Assembly: GCA_965206595.1 (NCBI GenBank)
Contig: OZ242214.1
Location: 4,224,001 to 4,288,000 of the forward strand
From: Candidatus Latescibacterota bacterium
Lineage (GTDB): Bacteria; Latescibacterota; UBA2968; UBA8231
Direction of reading: 5' to 3'
Length of the DNA stretch: 64,000 bases
Shown: positions 1-10,081 of the stretch, in pieces
How the letters are laid out: each line of letters starts with the position of its first letter
Numbering within the stretch: position 1 is the first letter of the stretch
The notes under the pieces: generated by a model
Databases searched by the model: none
Told to the model about the DNA's origin: nothing
Seen by the model: the letters and a program-made list of their open reading frames with translations, nothing else
Made by a program: the position numbers and the translations under genes

Positions 1-167
1 CGGTCCCTGGGTACCTGCTGCCCATGTCGGGTCGTCCGGGATGGTGACAGTCCGCGAACGGACGACGCGGCCTCGTGTATGCTGACCTGTCTCCCGGCCC
101 ATGCAGGCAGTTTGGGGCCGCCAGGATCAGGGACCGACAGGGTCCGGAGGGGTGTCGCAGGACCAGG

Positions 168-1265
168 TCATGCCGCGGCCACGGTGAGCCGGCGCAGTTT
201 CTCCTCGTCGAGCTCTACCCCCCAGCCGGGTCCCTCGAGCGGGTAGAGATGGCTGGCCTCGGCGCGGATGCGCTCTCTCGCCGGCGATTCCATGTACAGA
301 ACCGGCCCCATGGGATCGCAGGGCAGGGAAAGATTGGGCAGCGTAATCCCCACCGCTAGTTGGGCGGCAGTGCCGATTGTCGATTCCTGGTCGGTGCCTA
401 TCAGGCAGCGGAAGCCGGCCGCCTCCGCGACTGCCGCGATCCGCCGGATGTACGTGGGGCCGGAGGAAACGCAGGCGATGTTGAAGGCGGTGCCCGCCTC
501 CAGCTCGACCGCTTCGCGCGCCTGCTGCAGGGAGCCGATGTGGAGACTTACGGGAAGGTCCCAGCGCTTGGTGAACTCGGCGTTGACCCGCATCGAGCGG
601 CTCGGATGCTCGAAGTGAATGGGATCGTGATGGCGCAGGACCTCGGCGTAGCGGAGCGCCGTGTCCCAGGCGTCGAAGCGCAGCGACATGTCGATCGATT
701 TCAGCCGGATGCGGTCCCCGAAGCGGCCTTTCATCTCCGTCAGGAAGCGGTCGTCGAGCCGACTGTCGCCCGAGACGTAGTAGCGGAACAGGTGGTGGCC
801 GAGGTCGACGATCCGCTGCAGAAATCCTGCGGACTGCTTGAAATCCTCGGCGACCTGCAAGCCGAAGATCGGGTAGCAGCAATACAGCCGGTCCCGCACC
901 TTGCCACCCATAAGCTGGTAGGCGGGAACGCCCCGGGCCTTGGCGTTGAGGTCGTAGAGGGCGATGTCGATGGCCGAGGATATGTGGGAGTCGCTGACCG
1001 TGCTGCCGAACTGCTGCCCCCGCATCAGCTCGTTTATCCCGGTAATGCAGGTGGCGTCCCGTCCTTTCAGCAGCTCGTTGCAGCGCATGGCGATGGCGGC
1101 GACATCGTCCGCGATGCTATCCGAAGCCTCTCCCAGGCCCGTGGCCCCGTCGTCGGTATGCACCTTGAAAATCACGTGCCCGGAGATCCTGCCGGAGTAC
1201 CCGGGCAGGGCCTCGTAGTAGCGGGGGGTCTCGATCTGGATGACTTCTACTTTCCGAATCTTCAT
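168..1265 (-). CDS. Mandelate racemase/muconate lactonizing (enolase superfamily) enzyme, galactarate dehydratase II (GalrD-II)-like
   Basis: N-terminal capping motifs (GLGE, SAIDIALYDLNAKARGVPAYQLMGGK). The barrel has CYPIF, an R-x-Y (FRYYV) in place of KxK, D/E/H metal ligands (SIDMS, FEHP, VSLH), GTDQES and DPMGPVLY, as in GalrD-II. Confidence 0.85.
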   Translation of the reverse strand: MKIRKVEVIQIETPRYYEALPGYSGRISGHVIFKVHTDDGATGLGEASDSIADDVAAIAMRCNELLKGRDATCITGINELMRGQQFGSTVSDSHISSAIDIALYDLNAKARGVPAYQLMGGKVRDRLYCCYPIFGLQVAEDFKQSAGFLQRIVDLGHHLFRYYVSGDSRLDDRFLTEMKGRFGDRIRLKSIDMSLRFDAWDTALRYAEVLRHHDPIHFEHPSRSMRVNAEFTKRWDLPVSLHIGSLQQAREAVELEAGTAFNIACVSSGPTYIRRIAAVAEAAGFRCLIGTDQESTIGTAAQLAVGITLPNLSLPCDPMGPVLYMESPARERIRAEASHLYPLEGPGWGVELDEEKLRRLTVAAA

Positions 1266-1466
1266 GGCTCTCCGTCCGAAGGTTGTGCCGGGTGGGTGTG
1301 GCAGGGGGGCAGTCGGGAATGACGGTTCACGAGTCCGGGGGAGTCGACCGGATGGGCTTGGAGCCGAGGGTCATCTGCACGCGCGGGGTTCTTGGGGTCG
1401 GGCGGTAATGAGACTGGAAGCCAGAAGAAAAGGGGAATCATCGACAGGGCAATCCATCGGCCGTCG

Positions 1467-2333
1467 TTACGAGGCGAAGGCGGCGTAGAGCGCCTCGGCC
1501 TCGGCCATTGTCGGCTCCTCGGCGAGGGCGGCGAAGCCGTAGCGGAGGATCAGGGCGTCCCCTTCCTCGACATCGAGGTCGCCGCCCATCAGCAGCCCGG
1601 CTCCGAGGAGGTTGCGGCGCGTGAACCAGGTCACCGGGTGCCGCGGGTTCTCCGGGTGATCCATCATGACCACCGCGCCCCCGGCCGCCCCCGCGGCGCT
1701 CACCCAGCGCGCCCGCTGGTTCATGATGCTCTCGTGGCCTTCGGCGCCCTCGCTGCTGAGGTGCCGCGCCCCGGCAAAGGGCGGCCCCATGCGCAACTCG
1801 AAACCGCTGTAGTGCGACTTCCTCGACGCCCCCAGCCTCAGCGGACCGCCCACGGGCTCGATGCAGGCGAGGACTTCCCAATGGTAGGCGAGAGGGTCGG
1901 AAATCTTGCGCACACGGTAGCTGCGGGTCTCCACGGCCATGACCCCGTCCTCGGCGTCGAGCCAGCTCAGCCCTTCTTCGGCGACCACGCCGCCATTCTC
2001 CTGGCCGATCCGGGTGAACCGGTCGTGCCGCTGCATGCCGTGAGTGCCTTCGATCAGCTCGTAGCGGTCCTTCTCCGGGAGGTACCAGGGGCCGCCCCAG
2101 AGGTTGGCGCGGTTGGCGAAGACCCAGCCGAAGTATAGTCCGGTGTGCCAGGGATGGTCGGCCGGCCGGTACTCGGTAACGAGGCCGCCGGCAGGGGTGT
2201 AAATCGGGGCGAAACAGGGTTTGGGGGACTCGCTGCGCGGCAGCTCCTCGGTCGCCCTGTAGAGAGCGGCGAGTCCTTCCCCGTCGAGGATTTCGAACCC
2301 GAGGGCGTTCCGCCGGATATGCAATTTGGTCAT
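1467..2333 (-). CDS. DUF6807 / PmoA-family protein
   Basis: KPCFAPIYTPAG, PADHPWHTGLYFGW, HYSGFELRM and MDHPENPRHPVTWF motifs. Start taken at ATG 2333 (MTKLHI). Confidence 0.75.
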   Translation of the reverse strand: MTKLHIRRNALGFEILDGEGLAALYRATEELPRSESPKPCFAPIYTPAGGLVTEYRPADHPWHTGLYFGWVFANRANLWGGPWYLPEKDRYELIEGTHGMQRHDRFTRIGQENGGVVAEEGLSWLDAEDGVMAVETRSYRVRKISDPLAYHWEVLACIEPVGGPLRLGASRKSHYSGFELRMGPPFAGARHLSSEGAEGHESIMNQRARWVSAAGAAGGAVVMMDHPENPRHPVTWFTRRNLLGAGLLMGGDLDVEEGDALILRYGFAALAEEPTMAEAEALYAAFAS

Positions 2334-2510
2334 CGGGTACTTTCCGCCGATTGTTGGGCAGCGGCCCACGGCGGGCGTGTTCCGGCCCCGTCCGGTCGAG
2401 TCGGGCTGCCCGGGGCAGCAGGCCTCGCGGGAGAGAAGCAGTCACTTGCCGGCCCGCGGGCGGAGAAGGAACGCTCAAACCAGTTGTTGCAGCAAGGAAA
2501 GGGCGAGAAA

Positions 2511-4109
2511 GTGACAGAGCGAAGAAGAAGGTTCGGGACCGTTGCCGGCCCCCATCCCAAGACCGCCCGGGCAGGCATGGCAATGCTCCGGGCCGGGGGA
2601 AACGCCGTCGACGCAGCGGTGGCCGCGGCCTTCACCGAGGGGGTGGTCGAGCCGCTTCACAACGGAATCGCCGGGTACGGCGGCTGCATGGTCATCTATC
2701 TCGCCGGGCGCCGGCGGGTCGTCGCCGTCGACTGCAACTCCACCGCTCCGGCCGCGGCCTCCGAGGAGATGTTCCCCATCGAGGAAGCGCCGGCCCCGGC
2801 CGGATACCAGGTTCCGGGAAGGGCAAATGTCTTCGGCCCCCTCTCCGTCGGCGTTCCCGGAGTGGTCGCCGGGCTCTGCCTGGCGCTGGGCCGCTTCGGC
2901 ACCATGCCGCTGGCGGAGGTGATCAAGCCGGCGATCGGCGCCGCTCGCTTCGGGTACGTCCCGGGCCGCAGGAATCGCCTCGGCCTGGGGGAGAACGCCG
3001 GGCGCTGGCGCAGCGATTTTCCCGAAACCGCGCGCCTTCTGCTCAAGGACGGGCGCCCGCCCCGCCGGGGGGAGCGGGTCACCAACCCGGAGCTTGCCCG
3101 CACCCTGGAAGAGCTGGCGGAAGACGGCCCGTCGCTCTTCTACCGCGGCCCCTTGGCGAAAAAGATCGCCGCTCGTGTCGAAGAGCTTGGAGGCTGTCTG
3201 ACGGCGCAGGACATGCGCCGCTATCGCGCCCGCGTCGTGAAGCCGTACGCGGCCTCCTACCGGGGCTGCCGGCTGTTCACCCCGCCCCTGGCAGCTGGAG
3301 GTCTTACGACGCTGCAGATACTGCGTCTGCTCGAGGCTTTCGAGCTCGGGGAGATTCCCGCTACAGAACGGCTGCATCACCTGGCCGAGGCGATGAAGCT
3401 CTGCTGGCCCGAACGTCTGGAGCGCTACGGCGATCCTGAATTTGTCGATGTCGACGCTGCCGGCGAGCTCTCCGACGAGCTCGTCGCCCGCCTGGGGCGC
3501 CGCATGAAAGAGGGGCTCCGGTCTCCGCGACCGGGGCGGCTCGTCGCCCCGGAGCCGATCAGCTGCACCAGCCACATCTCGGCCGCGGATGTCGCCGGCA
3601 ATCTCGTGAGCCTGACACAGACTCACGGCGGGGGATTCGGTTCGATGGTCGCAGTTCCCGGGACCGGACTGCTGCTGGGTCACGGGGTTGCCCGCTTCGA
3701 CCCGCGGCCCGGGCTGGCGAACTCGATCGCACCCGGCAAACAACCGCTGCACAACATGGCCCCGTTCATTGCCTTGCGGGACGGACGACCCTTCGCCGCC
3801 TACGGTCTGCCCGGCGGGCGCACCATTCCCAACAACGAGGTGACCCTGACGGTGGGGCTGATCGATCGCGGGCTCGATCCGCTGCAGGCCCTCGCTGCCG
3901 CGCGCCTGCACACGGAAGGGGCAGAGCCGCTGCAGGTCGAACGCAGGGCGGGGAAGCGGGTCATTGAGGGGTTGCGAAACCTGGGGCACAGCGCCGATGC
4001 CGTTCCCGGCATCGGCGGCCCCGGACACGTGGTGACGGTTTCCGTCGATCCGGCCGTTCAGAGGGGGGCCACCGATCCTCGTTTCGACGGACTGGCGGTT
4101 TCGGCCTAG
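2511..4109 (+). CDS. ggt: Gamma-glutamyltransferase family protein (Ntn hydrolase)
   Basis: GGNAVDAAVA, SVGVPG, NPELARTL, nucleophile CTSHISAADVAGN, GGFGS, IAPGK and GATDPR. GTG start at 2511 inferred. Confidence 0.9.
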   Translation: MTERRRRFGTVAGPHPKTARAGMAMLRAGGNAVDAAVAAAFTEGVVEPLHNGIAGYGGCMVIYLAGRRRVVAVDCNSTAPAAASEEMFPIEEAPAPAGYQVPGRANVFGPLSVGVPGVVAGLCLALGRFGTMPLAEVIKPAIGAARFGYVPGRRNRLGLGENAGRWRSDFPETARLLLKDGRPPRRGERVTNPELARTLEELAEDGPSLFYRGPLAKKIAARVEELGGCLTAQDMRRYRARVVKPYAASYRGCRLFTPPLAAGGLTTLQILRLLEAFELGEIPATERLHHLAEAMKLCWPERLERYGDPEFVDVDAAGELSDELVARLGRRMKEGLRSPRPGRLVAPEPISCTSHISAADVAGNLVSLTQTHGGGFGSMVAVPGTGLLLGHGVARFDPRPGLANSIAPGKQPLHNMAPFIALRDGRPFAAYGLPGGRTIPNNEVTLTVGLIDRGLDPLQALAAARLHTEGAEPLQVERRAGKRVIEGLRNLGHSADAVPGIGGPGHVVTVSVDPAVQRGATDPRFDGLAVSA

Positions 4110-4198
4110 AGCTGCCCGATACCGTTCCCTCGCGGTAACGGCCCTCTCGAAGCTTCAGGGGGATTTCCTGTGCGGGCAGAAGTACCCGGGGAGGTCTC

Positions 4199-5836
4199 TC
4201 AGAAGGCGACGGCGTACCCGTCCCGGCGGGGGTCGGATCCCGCGGCGAGGGCACCGGTTACCGGGTCGATGCCGATGAACTGGGCGTTTCCCGGTCCGTC
4301 CCAGTCCCCGAGGATCTCCAGCCGGTGGCCGCGCTTCTCCAGCCCTTCCCGGGCCGGCGCGCCGAAGCGGTTCTCCAGCTGCAGGCAGTCCTCGCAGGTG
4401 TGTGGAACCGTCGATTCCATGGGGTTCTGCAGGCTGCGCCAGCGCGGCGCCTCGACCGCTTCCTGGGGGGTCATGCCGAAGTGAATGGCGTGCGTCAGCA
4501 GCTGCAGGTTGGTCTGCACCTGCGTGTCGGCCCCCGGGGTGCCGCAGACGATGACGGCTTCGCCGTTCCGGGTAGCGATGACGGGGTTCATGGTGTGCCG
4601 AACCCGCTTGCCGGGCGCCAGGCAGTTGGGGTGCCCTTCCTCGATATGCCAGTAGGTCATGCGGTTGTTGAGCAGCACCCCCGTGTTCCCCGCTACGAGG
4701 CTGGAGCCGAATCCCGACTGCAGGCTCTGCAATACGCAGACGGCGTTGCCCTCGCCGTCGGCGACGCAGAAACAGGTGGTGTCCTCCTGCCTTTGCGGCG
4801 AGCCGGGCCCTACGTCGGGGTTGACGCGCCCGGGGTCGATCCCGCGGGCGCGCTCCCGGGCGTACTGCTTGTCGAGAAGGCCGGCCAGCGGCACGCCGAC
4901 CCAGTCCGGGTCGGCCATGAACTCCTCGCGGTCGGCGAAAGCCAGCCGCTTGGCCTCGACCATTACGTGGATGCTTTCCGGCGACAGGCAGCCCATCCCC
5001 TCGAGATCGAACTGCTCGACGAGGTTGAGCTCCTGTAGCAGCACGTGGCCGCTCGAGTTCGGCGGCATCTCGTAGACGCGGTACCCGTGGTAGTCGACGT
5101 GGATCGGCTCCTCCCAGCGCGCCTGGAAAGCCGCCAGGTCCGCGGCCGTGACCAGGCCGCCGTAGTCGCTGCTGAAGGCGGCGATCTCCCGGGCGACGGC
5201 CCCTTCGTAAAAGGCGGAACGGCCCTCCTCGGCGATGCGGCGCAGGGTGGTCCCGAGGTCCCGCTGGACGAGAAGCTCCCCGGCTTTGAGCGGCCTGCCC
5301 CGAGGCTCGAAGAGGGCTCGGGTGAACGGGTCGGAGGAAAACCGGTCGTGCTCTCCGGCGAGCATGGCTCCGAGCTTTTCGCCGACGGGGAATCCGCGCT
5401 CGCACAGGTCGATCGCCGGGGCGAACACCTCGGCGAGACTCAGCCTTCCGAAGCGCTCGTGCGCCCTGAGCCAGCCATCGACGAGGCCGGGAATCGAAAC
5501 GCTGAGGATCCCCTTCATGGGGATGCCGCCGCTTTCGACGTAGTGCTCGCGGGTTGCCCCGGAAGGGGCCGGGCCGGTGGCGTTGAGGCCGTGCACCTGC
5601 CGCGAGGCGGCGTCGTAGATCAGGATGAACCCGTCTCCTCCCACCCCGGACATCGGCAGCTCCACTACTCCGAGCGCCGCCGCGGTGGCGATCGCCGCAT
5701 CTACGGCGCTCCCGCCTGCCTGCATCATGCGGATGCCGGCCTGCGAGGCGAGAGGGTCGCCCGAGGCGACGGCGCCGTTACGGCCGCGCACCGAGGGGCG
5801 GTACGAAGGATGGGTTACGCCGTGAGGAGAGGACAC
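4199..5836 (-). CDS. ggt: Gamma-glutamyltransferase family protein (YwrD/HpxW-like)
   Basis: GGSAVDAAIA, MSGVGGDGF, MPPNSSG, DTTCFCVADGEGNAV, PGKRVRHTMNP, GTPGAD and GSDPRRDGYAVAF. Confidence 0.92.
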   Translation of the reverse strand: MSSPHGVTHPSYRPSVRGRNGAVASGDPLASQAGIRMMQAGGSAVDAAIATAAALGVVELPMSGVGGDGFILIYDAASRQVHGLNATGPAPSGATREHYVESGGIPMKGILSVSIPGLVDGWLRAHERFGRLSLAEVFAPAIDLCERGFPVGEKLGAMLAGEHDRFSSDPFTRALFEPRGRPLKAGELLVQRDLGTTLRRIAEEGRSAFYEGAVAREIAAFSSDYGGLVTAADLAAFQARWEEPIHVDYHGYRVYEMPPNSSGHVLLQELNLVEQFDLEGMGCLSPESIHVMVEAKRLAFADREEFMADPDWVGVPLAGLLDKQYARERARGIDPGRVNPDVGPGSPQRQEDTTCFCVADGEGNAVCVLQSLQSGFGSSLVAGNTGVLLNNRMTYWHIEEGHPNCLAPGKRVRHTMNPVIATRNGEAVIVCGTPGADTQVQTNLQLLTHAIHFGMTPQEAVEAPRWRSLQNPMESTVPHTCEDCLQLENRFGAPAREGLEKRGHRLEILGDWDGPGNAQFIGIDPVTGALAAGSDPRRDGYAVAF

Positions 5837-5851
5837 CGGCCTGCCTGAAGG

Positions 5852-6883
5852 TCAGCCGCAGGCGGCGAGGAGCGGCTGCATGACGACGCGGTCGAAGTTG
5901 TCGCCCATCACCTCGATGCCTTCGGCGTTCGGGTGGCACTCGTCCTCGGCGTAGCGGGCGATCAGCTCGAGGCCGAAGACGTCGAGGCCGTCGAAATAAA
6001 ACAGACTGCGGTCCCCCATCGCCGCCAGCCTGTCCCCGGCGTCCGCTATCGCCTCCCTCATGTCGGAGATCGTGTACCCGACCGCGTTGGGGCTGGTCTC
6101 GTGGGGGGGGTAGCCGATCGGCGAAACCAGGCCGATCGGGATGCCGGGGTGAGCGGCGCGAATGATGCCGACGAGGCCGATCACCGCGGCGGGGAAGGTG
6201 CGGGCGTTGAACGAGGCGCTCGGCATGCAGTTGATCCCCAGCTTCAGGGTGATCAGGTCCGCGGGTTGCCCGGCGATGACCATGCCGACCTGCGCGTCGA
6301 GGTGGCACTGGCCGGCGAACCCGAGGCTGGTCAGGTGCAGGCCGTTCCGCCTGGCGACGATGGCCGGCCAGATGCGTGCCGGGCCGTGGGCGCGGGTGCA
6401 GTGGGTCAGCGAGCTGCCGTAGGTGATCCACCTGCGGCGTTCATCGGCCGCGGGAGAGCAGGGGGCGCCGTGGTCGCTGGCCAGGCCGCAAAGGCTGACC
6501 GGGATCTCCTGGGGCAGCCAGACCTCGACGACCTTGTCGCCTTCGGGCAAGCCCCCTAGCAGGACATCCCCGGCGCCGGGCTGAGCCGTGGCGGTGGCGA
6601 CCAGCTCCCCGTTTACGGTGGCGTCGAAACAGTAATGCCCCCGCTCGCCGGCCGGAGGCCCTTCGTCGAGGGGAAGGAAACGAAGCCCCAGGATGGAGGA
6701 GGCGGTAGCGAACCGCAGGCGCACGCCGCTGGCGTTCTCCGCCTTGGCCAGCAGCGCCTCGTCGGGGGAAGGGAAGAGCGTCCTGTGGTCGTGGGGCAGC
6801 CGCCAGGGTTTGATCCAGCCGTCCCCATGCTCGAGCGACAGGTGACCCTGGAAGAACTCGGGTTGCAGCGGATTGTCCCGCAT
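5852..6883 (-). CDS. SGNH/GDSL hydrolase family protein
   Basis: YGSSLTH block I, LGFAGQC, KLGIN and DECHPN block V. Confidence 0.85.
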   Translation of the reverse strand: MRDNPLQPEFFQGHLSLEHGDGWIKPWRLPHDHRTLFPSPDEALLAKAENASGVRLRFATASSILGLRFLPLDEGPPAGERGHYCFDATVNGELVATATAQPGAGDVLLGGLPEGDKVVEVWLPQEIPVSLCGLASDHGAPCSPAADERRRWITYGSSLTHCTRAHGPARIWPAIVARRNGLHLTSLGFAGQCHLDAQVGMVIAGQPADLITLKLGINCMPSASFNARTFPAAVIGLVGIIRAAHPGIPIGLVSPIGYPPHETSPNAVGYTISDMREAIADAGDRLAAMGDRSLFYFDGLDVFGLELIARYAEDECHPNAEGIEVMGDNFDRVVMQPLLAACG

Positions 6884-6886
6884 CGA

Positions 6887-7260
6887 TCAGCCTTTCACTC
6901 CTGCCTGCAGCCAGAGCAGCCAAGCCATGTTGTCGCCGAGGATCAGGTCCATGTCCTTTGCGCGAATGAAGGAGCAATGGGTGCGCACCGTCTCCAGCGA
7001 CTGCCGGTAGGCGGCCACCAGGAGCAATCGACGTCGGCGAAGTTGATGAACCGGTCGGGGTGGTTGAGGGCGCACTCGAGACCGTACTCGTTGTTTTCGG
7101 GGTTGTGGTCGATGCGGGCGTTGACGAGCACCGCCTTGTCGACGCCGACCTGGTCCATTTCCCACAGCAGCCGCTCGGCGCGTCCTCGGCTCCCGGGATC
7201 CGGCACTTCCGGCTGGTATGGCCAATAGGTCCAGGCGTGGGTGTGGCAGTCGATGATCAT
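6887..7260 (-). pseudogene. Amidohydrolase (TIM barrel) with large internal deletion
   Basis: The N-terminus MIIDCHTHAW...EMDQVGVDKAVLV...DVDCSWW joins out of frame, at about 7010, to a typical C-terminus YRQSLETVRTHCSF...LILGDNMAWLL. The central barrel is missing. Confidence 0.7.
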
Positions 7261-7519
7261 TCGGCGTTTCATTCCGGCCTTGGGCGCCGCGGCCGGATGC
7301 GGAGTATTCCCGGCAGGCGCTTTTGCCGTCAATGCTAAGTGGTCTCCCCGCGGGTAGGCGCCCTCGCAGGTGAGTCGTTTCCGGCGTCGTCGTCCGCAAA
7401 CGGCTAAACAGCCTCGGCGCGGAGATTTTCGAAAAAATGGCGATCCCAGCTGCAGGGCGCCTATAATAGCGCGGACGTCCAGTCCCCGACAGCAACCCCA
7501 AGACAAGGCTGGTGACCTG

Positions 7520-8647
7520 ATGCGCATCGTCGACAGCGGTATCCTCCACGTCAACCCGGAGCCGGCGTACCGCCATGTCTCCATCTTCTATCCCAACGTC
7601 GTGCAGCTCTCGGAGAGGGAGCTGTTGTGCGTGTACCAGCACGGCGACGGCCTGTACGCGCCGAACAACACCCTCGGCGTGCTCCGCTCTTACGACGGCG
7701 GCCGCACCTGGGAGGACGAGGGGGACCTGCACGACCGCTCGCGGGACGACCGGCCCTGTTCCTACATGGCCAGCTTCCTGTCGCGGATGAGCGACGGTAC
7801 CCTGACGGTGACCCCTTTCCGCATCGACCGCAGCGACCCGGAGGTGCGGCTCTTCAGCGACAATGCCGGACTGATCGCCAACGAGCCGATCCTGTTCACG
7901 TCCGCGGACGGCGGCCGTACCTGGTCCGATCCCCTGGTCCAGGAGTTGCCCGGCGGCATGAACCTCACCGCGGCGCAGGGCCTGGTCGAGCTCGACGACG
8001 GCCGCTGGCTGGCGACCTTCGACCAGTGGCCGGCGTTCGGCGATTCCGGGGCCTACGAGCCGCGCATGTGGTCATGCACCTCTGCGGACCGGGGCCGCAC
8101 CTGGAACGGCATGACGGTCATGGCGGACGGGGCCAGGGACGGCAAAGGGTACTGGCACGGCCGCGCCCTCAAACTGTCGGACGGCAGGCTCTTCTCGCTG
8201 CTGTGGGCCGCGGACATGACCCGCCCCGACAAGGGGCCGGTCAACCTCAGGAATCACTTCGCGATTTCCGATCCGGCAGCGAGCGCCTGGCAGAAACCGG
8301 TGGAGACCAACCTGCCGGGGCAGACCAACTGCACGGCTCAGCTGTCGGACGGCCGCCTCGCGGCGATTTACACCTGCCGCGGGGCCGCCAGCCCTGGTTT
8401 CTTCGTCGCCCTGTCGGATGATCTCGGGCCCACCTGGGACCTCGAGGGCCAGGTGCGGGTTTGGGATGCGAGCGGCCGTACGGCCATCGGTTACGACAGC
8501 GCCGAGAAGTACCCGCGCAGCCACGACACCATCGCCTTCGGCGCCCCGTCGCTGATCGCGCTTGCCAGCGGCGAGCTGCTGGCGACCTGGTGGTGCACGG
8601 ACGCCAGCCTCGTGCACGCCCGCTGGGCGAAACTCGCCGTCGATTGA
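7520..8647 (+). CDS. BNR/Asp-box beta-propeller, sialidase-family protein
   Basis: Repeated Asp boxes SYDGGRTW, SADGGRTW, SADRGRTW and SDDLGPTW. ATG at 7520. Confidence 0.85.
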   Translation: MRIVDSGILHVNPEPAYRHVSIFYPNVVQLSERELLCVYQHGDGLYAPNNTLGVLRSYDGGRTWEDEGDLHDRSRDDRPCSYMASFLSRMSDGTLTVTPFRIDRSDPEVRLFSDNAGLIANEPILFTSADGGRTWSDPLVQELPGGMNLTAAQGLVELDDGRWLATFDQWPAFGDSGAYEPRMWSCTSADRGRTWNGMTVMADGARDGKGYWHGRALKLSDGRLFSLLWAADMTRPDKGPVNLRNHFAISDPAASAWQKPVETNLPGQTNCTAQLSDGRLAAIYTCRGAASPGFFVALSDDLGPTWDLEGQVRVWDASGRTAIGYDSAEKYPRSHDTIAFGAPSLIALASGELLATWWCTDASLVHARWAKLAVD

Positions 8648-8766
8648 CCTCCCCTGCGGGCCGTCGCCGGCCCCGATGCTGCCGGCGGGAAGCAGCCAGA
8701 GAACCGGCCACGGAGAGTAGATTGTTCTCGTCGCGATGGAGCACGGCGTGCCGCGTGGATCCGGTG

Positions 8767-9555
8767 TCAGCTTCCGTCTCCGCGTCGCCAGGCCTCGTAC
8801 TCCTCGCGCCCCTCATCATTGAGGGGGTAGTACTTGTAGAGCGATCCACCCTCGGTCAGCCTCATGCGGCTGAACCTCTCCCAGTCCTCGTGCTCTCGGG
8901 TGAGTTCGGCGACCGCGACCGCCATCTGCAGCGGCACGACCACGGCTCCGTCGTCGTCGGCGATGATGACGTCTCCCGGCATGACGAGGACGCCGGCGAC
9001 CGCGACCGGAACGTTGCAGGCCCAGGGAAACAGGTGGGTCTGCGAGGCGTAGTTCGGAGTGAAGCCGCGCAGCCACATCGGGAGGCCGATCTCCCGGATG
9101 TGGGGCCAGTCGCGGACGCAGCCGTCGGCGACGAGCCCGACTCCTCCCTGCGCCTTGAAATAGGTCGTCAACATCTCGCCTACGCAGCCGGTGTACATGT
9201 CTCCGTATGCCTGGATGCAGAGCAGGTCCCCGGGACGGACGTGGCGGAACACCTGCCACAGGGCCGACGACTTCTCGACGTTTTCCTGTGCCGCGCCGGA
9301 GGCGACGTCTTCGCGCTGGGGCATGAACTGCAGGGTGAGGGCGGAGCCGACGACCTTGGCGCCCGGGGTGCGGGGAAGCGGTCCCTGAATGAAGGTCTGG
9401 CGAATTCCCATCTTGTGCAGCATGGCCGCGGCCGTGGCGCTGCTGACCACCTGCATCGCCTCGAGAAGCTCGGCAGGCGGGCGTCTGTAGGGCGGCCCCT
9501 GGATCGGGAGCTCCAATCCCTCGGGCGGCCTAAGCTCGACATCGGGTGCATTCAT
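8767..9555 (-). CDS. RraA family / HMG aldolase-like protein
   Basis: VVGSALTLQFMPQRED, GCVGEMLT, GLVADGCVRD and VMPGDVIIADDDGAVVVP. Confidence 0.88.
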   Translation of the reverse strand: MNAPDVELRPPEGLELPIQGPPYRRPPAELLEAMQVVSSATAAAMLHKMGIRQTFIQGPLPRTPGAKVVGSALTLQFMPQREDVASGAAQENVEKSSALWQVFRHVRPGDLLCIQAYGDMYTGCVGEMLTTYFKAQGGVGLVADGCVRDWPHIREIGLPMWLRGFTPNYASQTHLFPWACNVPVAVAGVLVMPGDVIIADDDGAVVVPLQMAVAVAELTREHEDWERFSRMRLTEGGSLYKYYPLNDEGREEYEAWRRGDGS

Positions 9556-10081
9556 CTTTTTCTCCGTGGGCCGGCTAAACCGGCGGGGTGTCGGGTGAAT
9601 GTGATTGGCGAAGTCGCGACCCTGCAGGCAGAAGAAGTCGATCACCGAACTTGGTGCGAGCGTCGTGTGGCCGCGGCCATCCGCAGAGAATGCGTTTCCG
9701 CGGATCGGGACAGCCGATCCATCGCATCGTGCAACTCCTCTGCGGAGGTCGCTGGGCCCGGGTTCGCAGTTCCCCGGTAAGTAGACGAAAAAGCCCGAAA
9801 AGGGAAACAGCCCTGCTCCCCTGTGTACAGGATGTGTCAGGAGGCCCGTACGGTTTTATTTTGCCCTGGGGATTCAACCGCGGTCCCCCGGGATTGACCG
9901 GACCATTCCAGCTCGGCCGGTATCCGGTGCCAGTGCTCTACGTGAAGCTTGGTGCGAGATGCTTCAGGAGCGTTGGGACGTGCTGCCGGGAGGCGGCCAT
10001 TGTCGCGGCTCGTCAATCCTCTCGACCATCCGGCCCCTCCTTGGCCGGTCCACTGTCAGCGGGTTGCTTATGTTATTGGAA

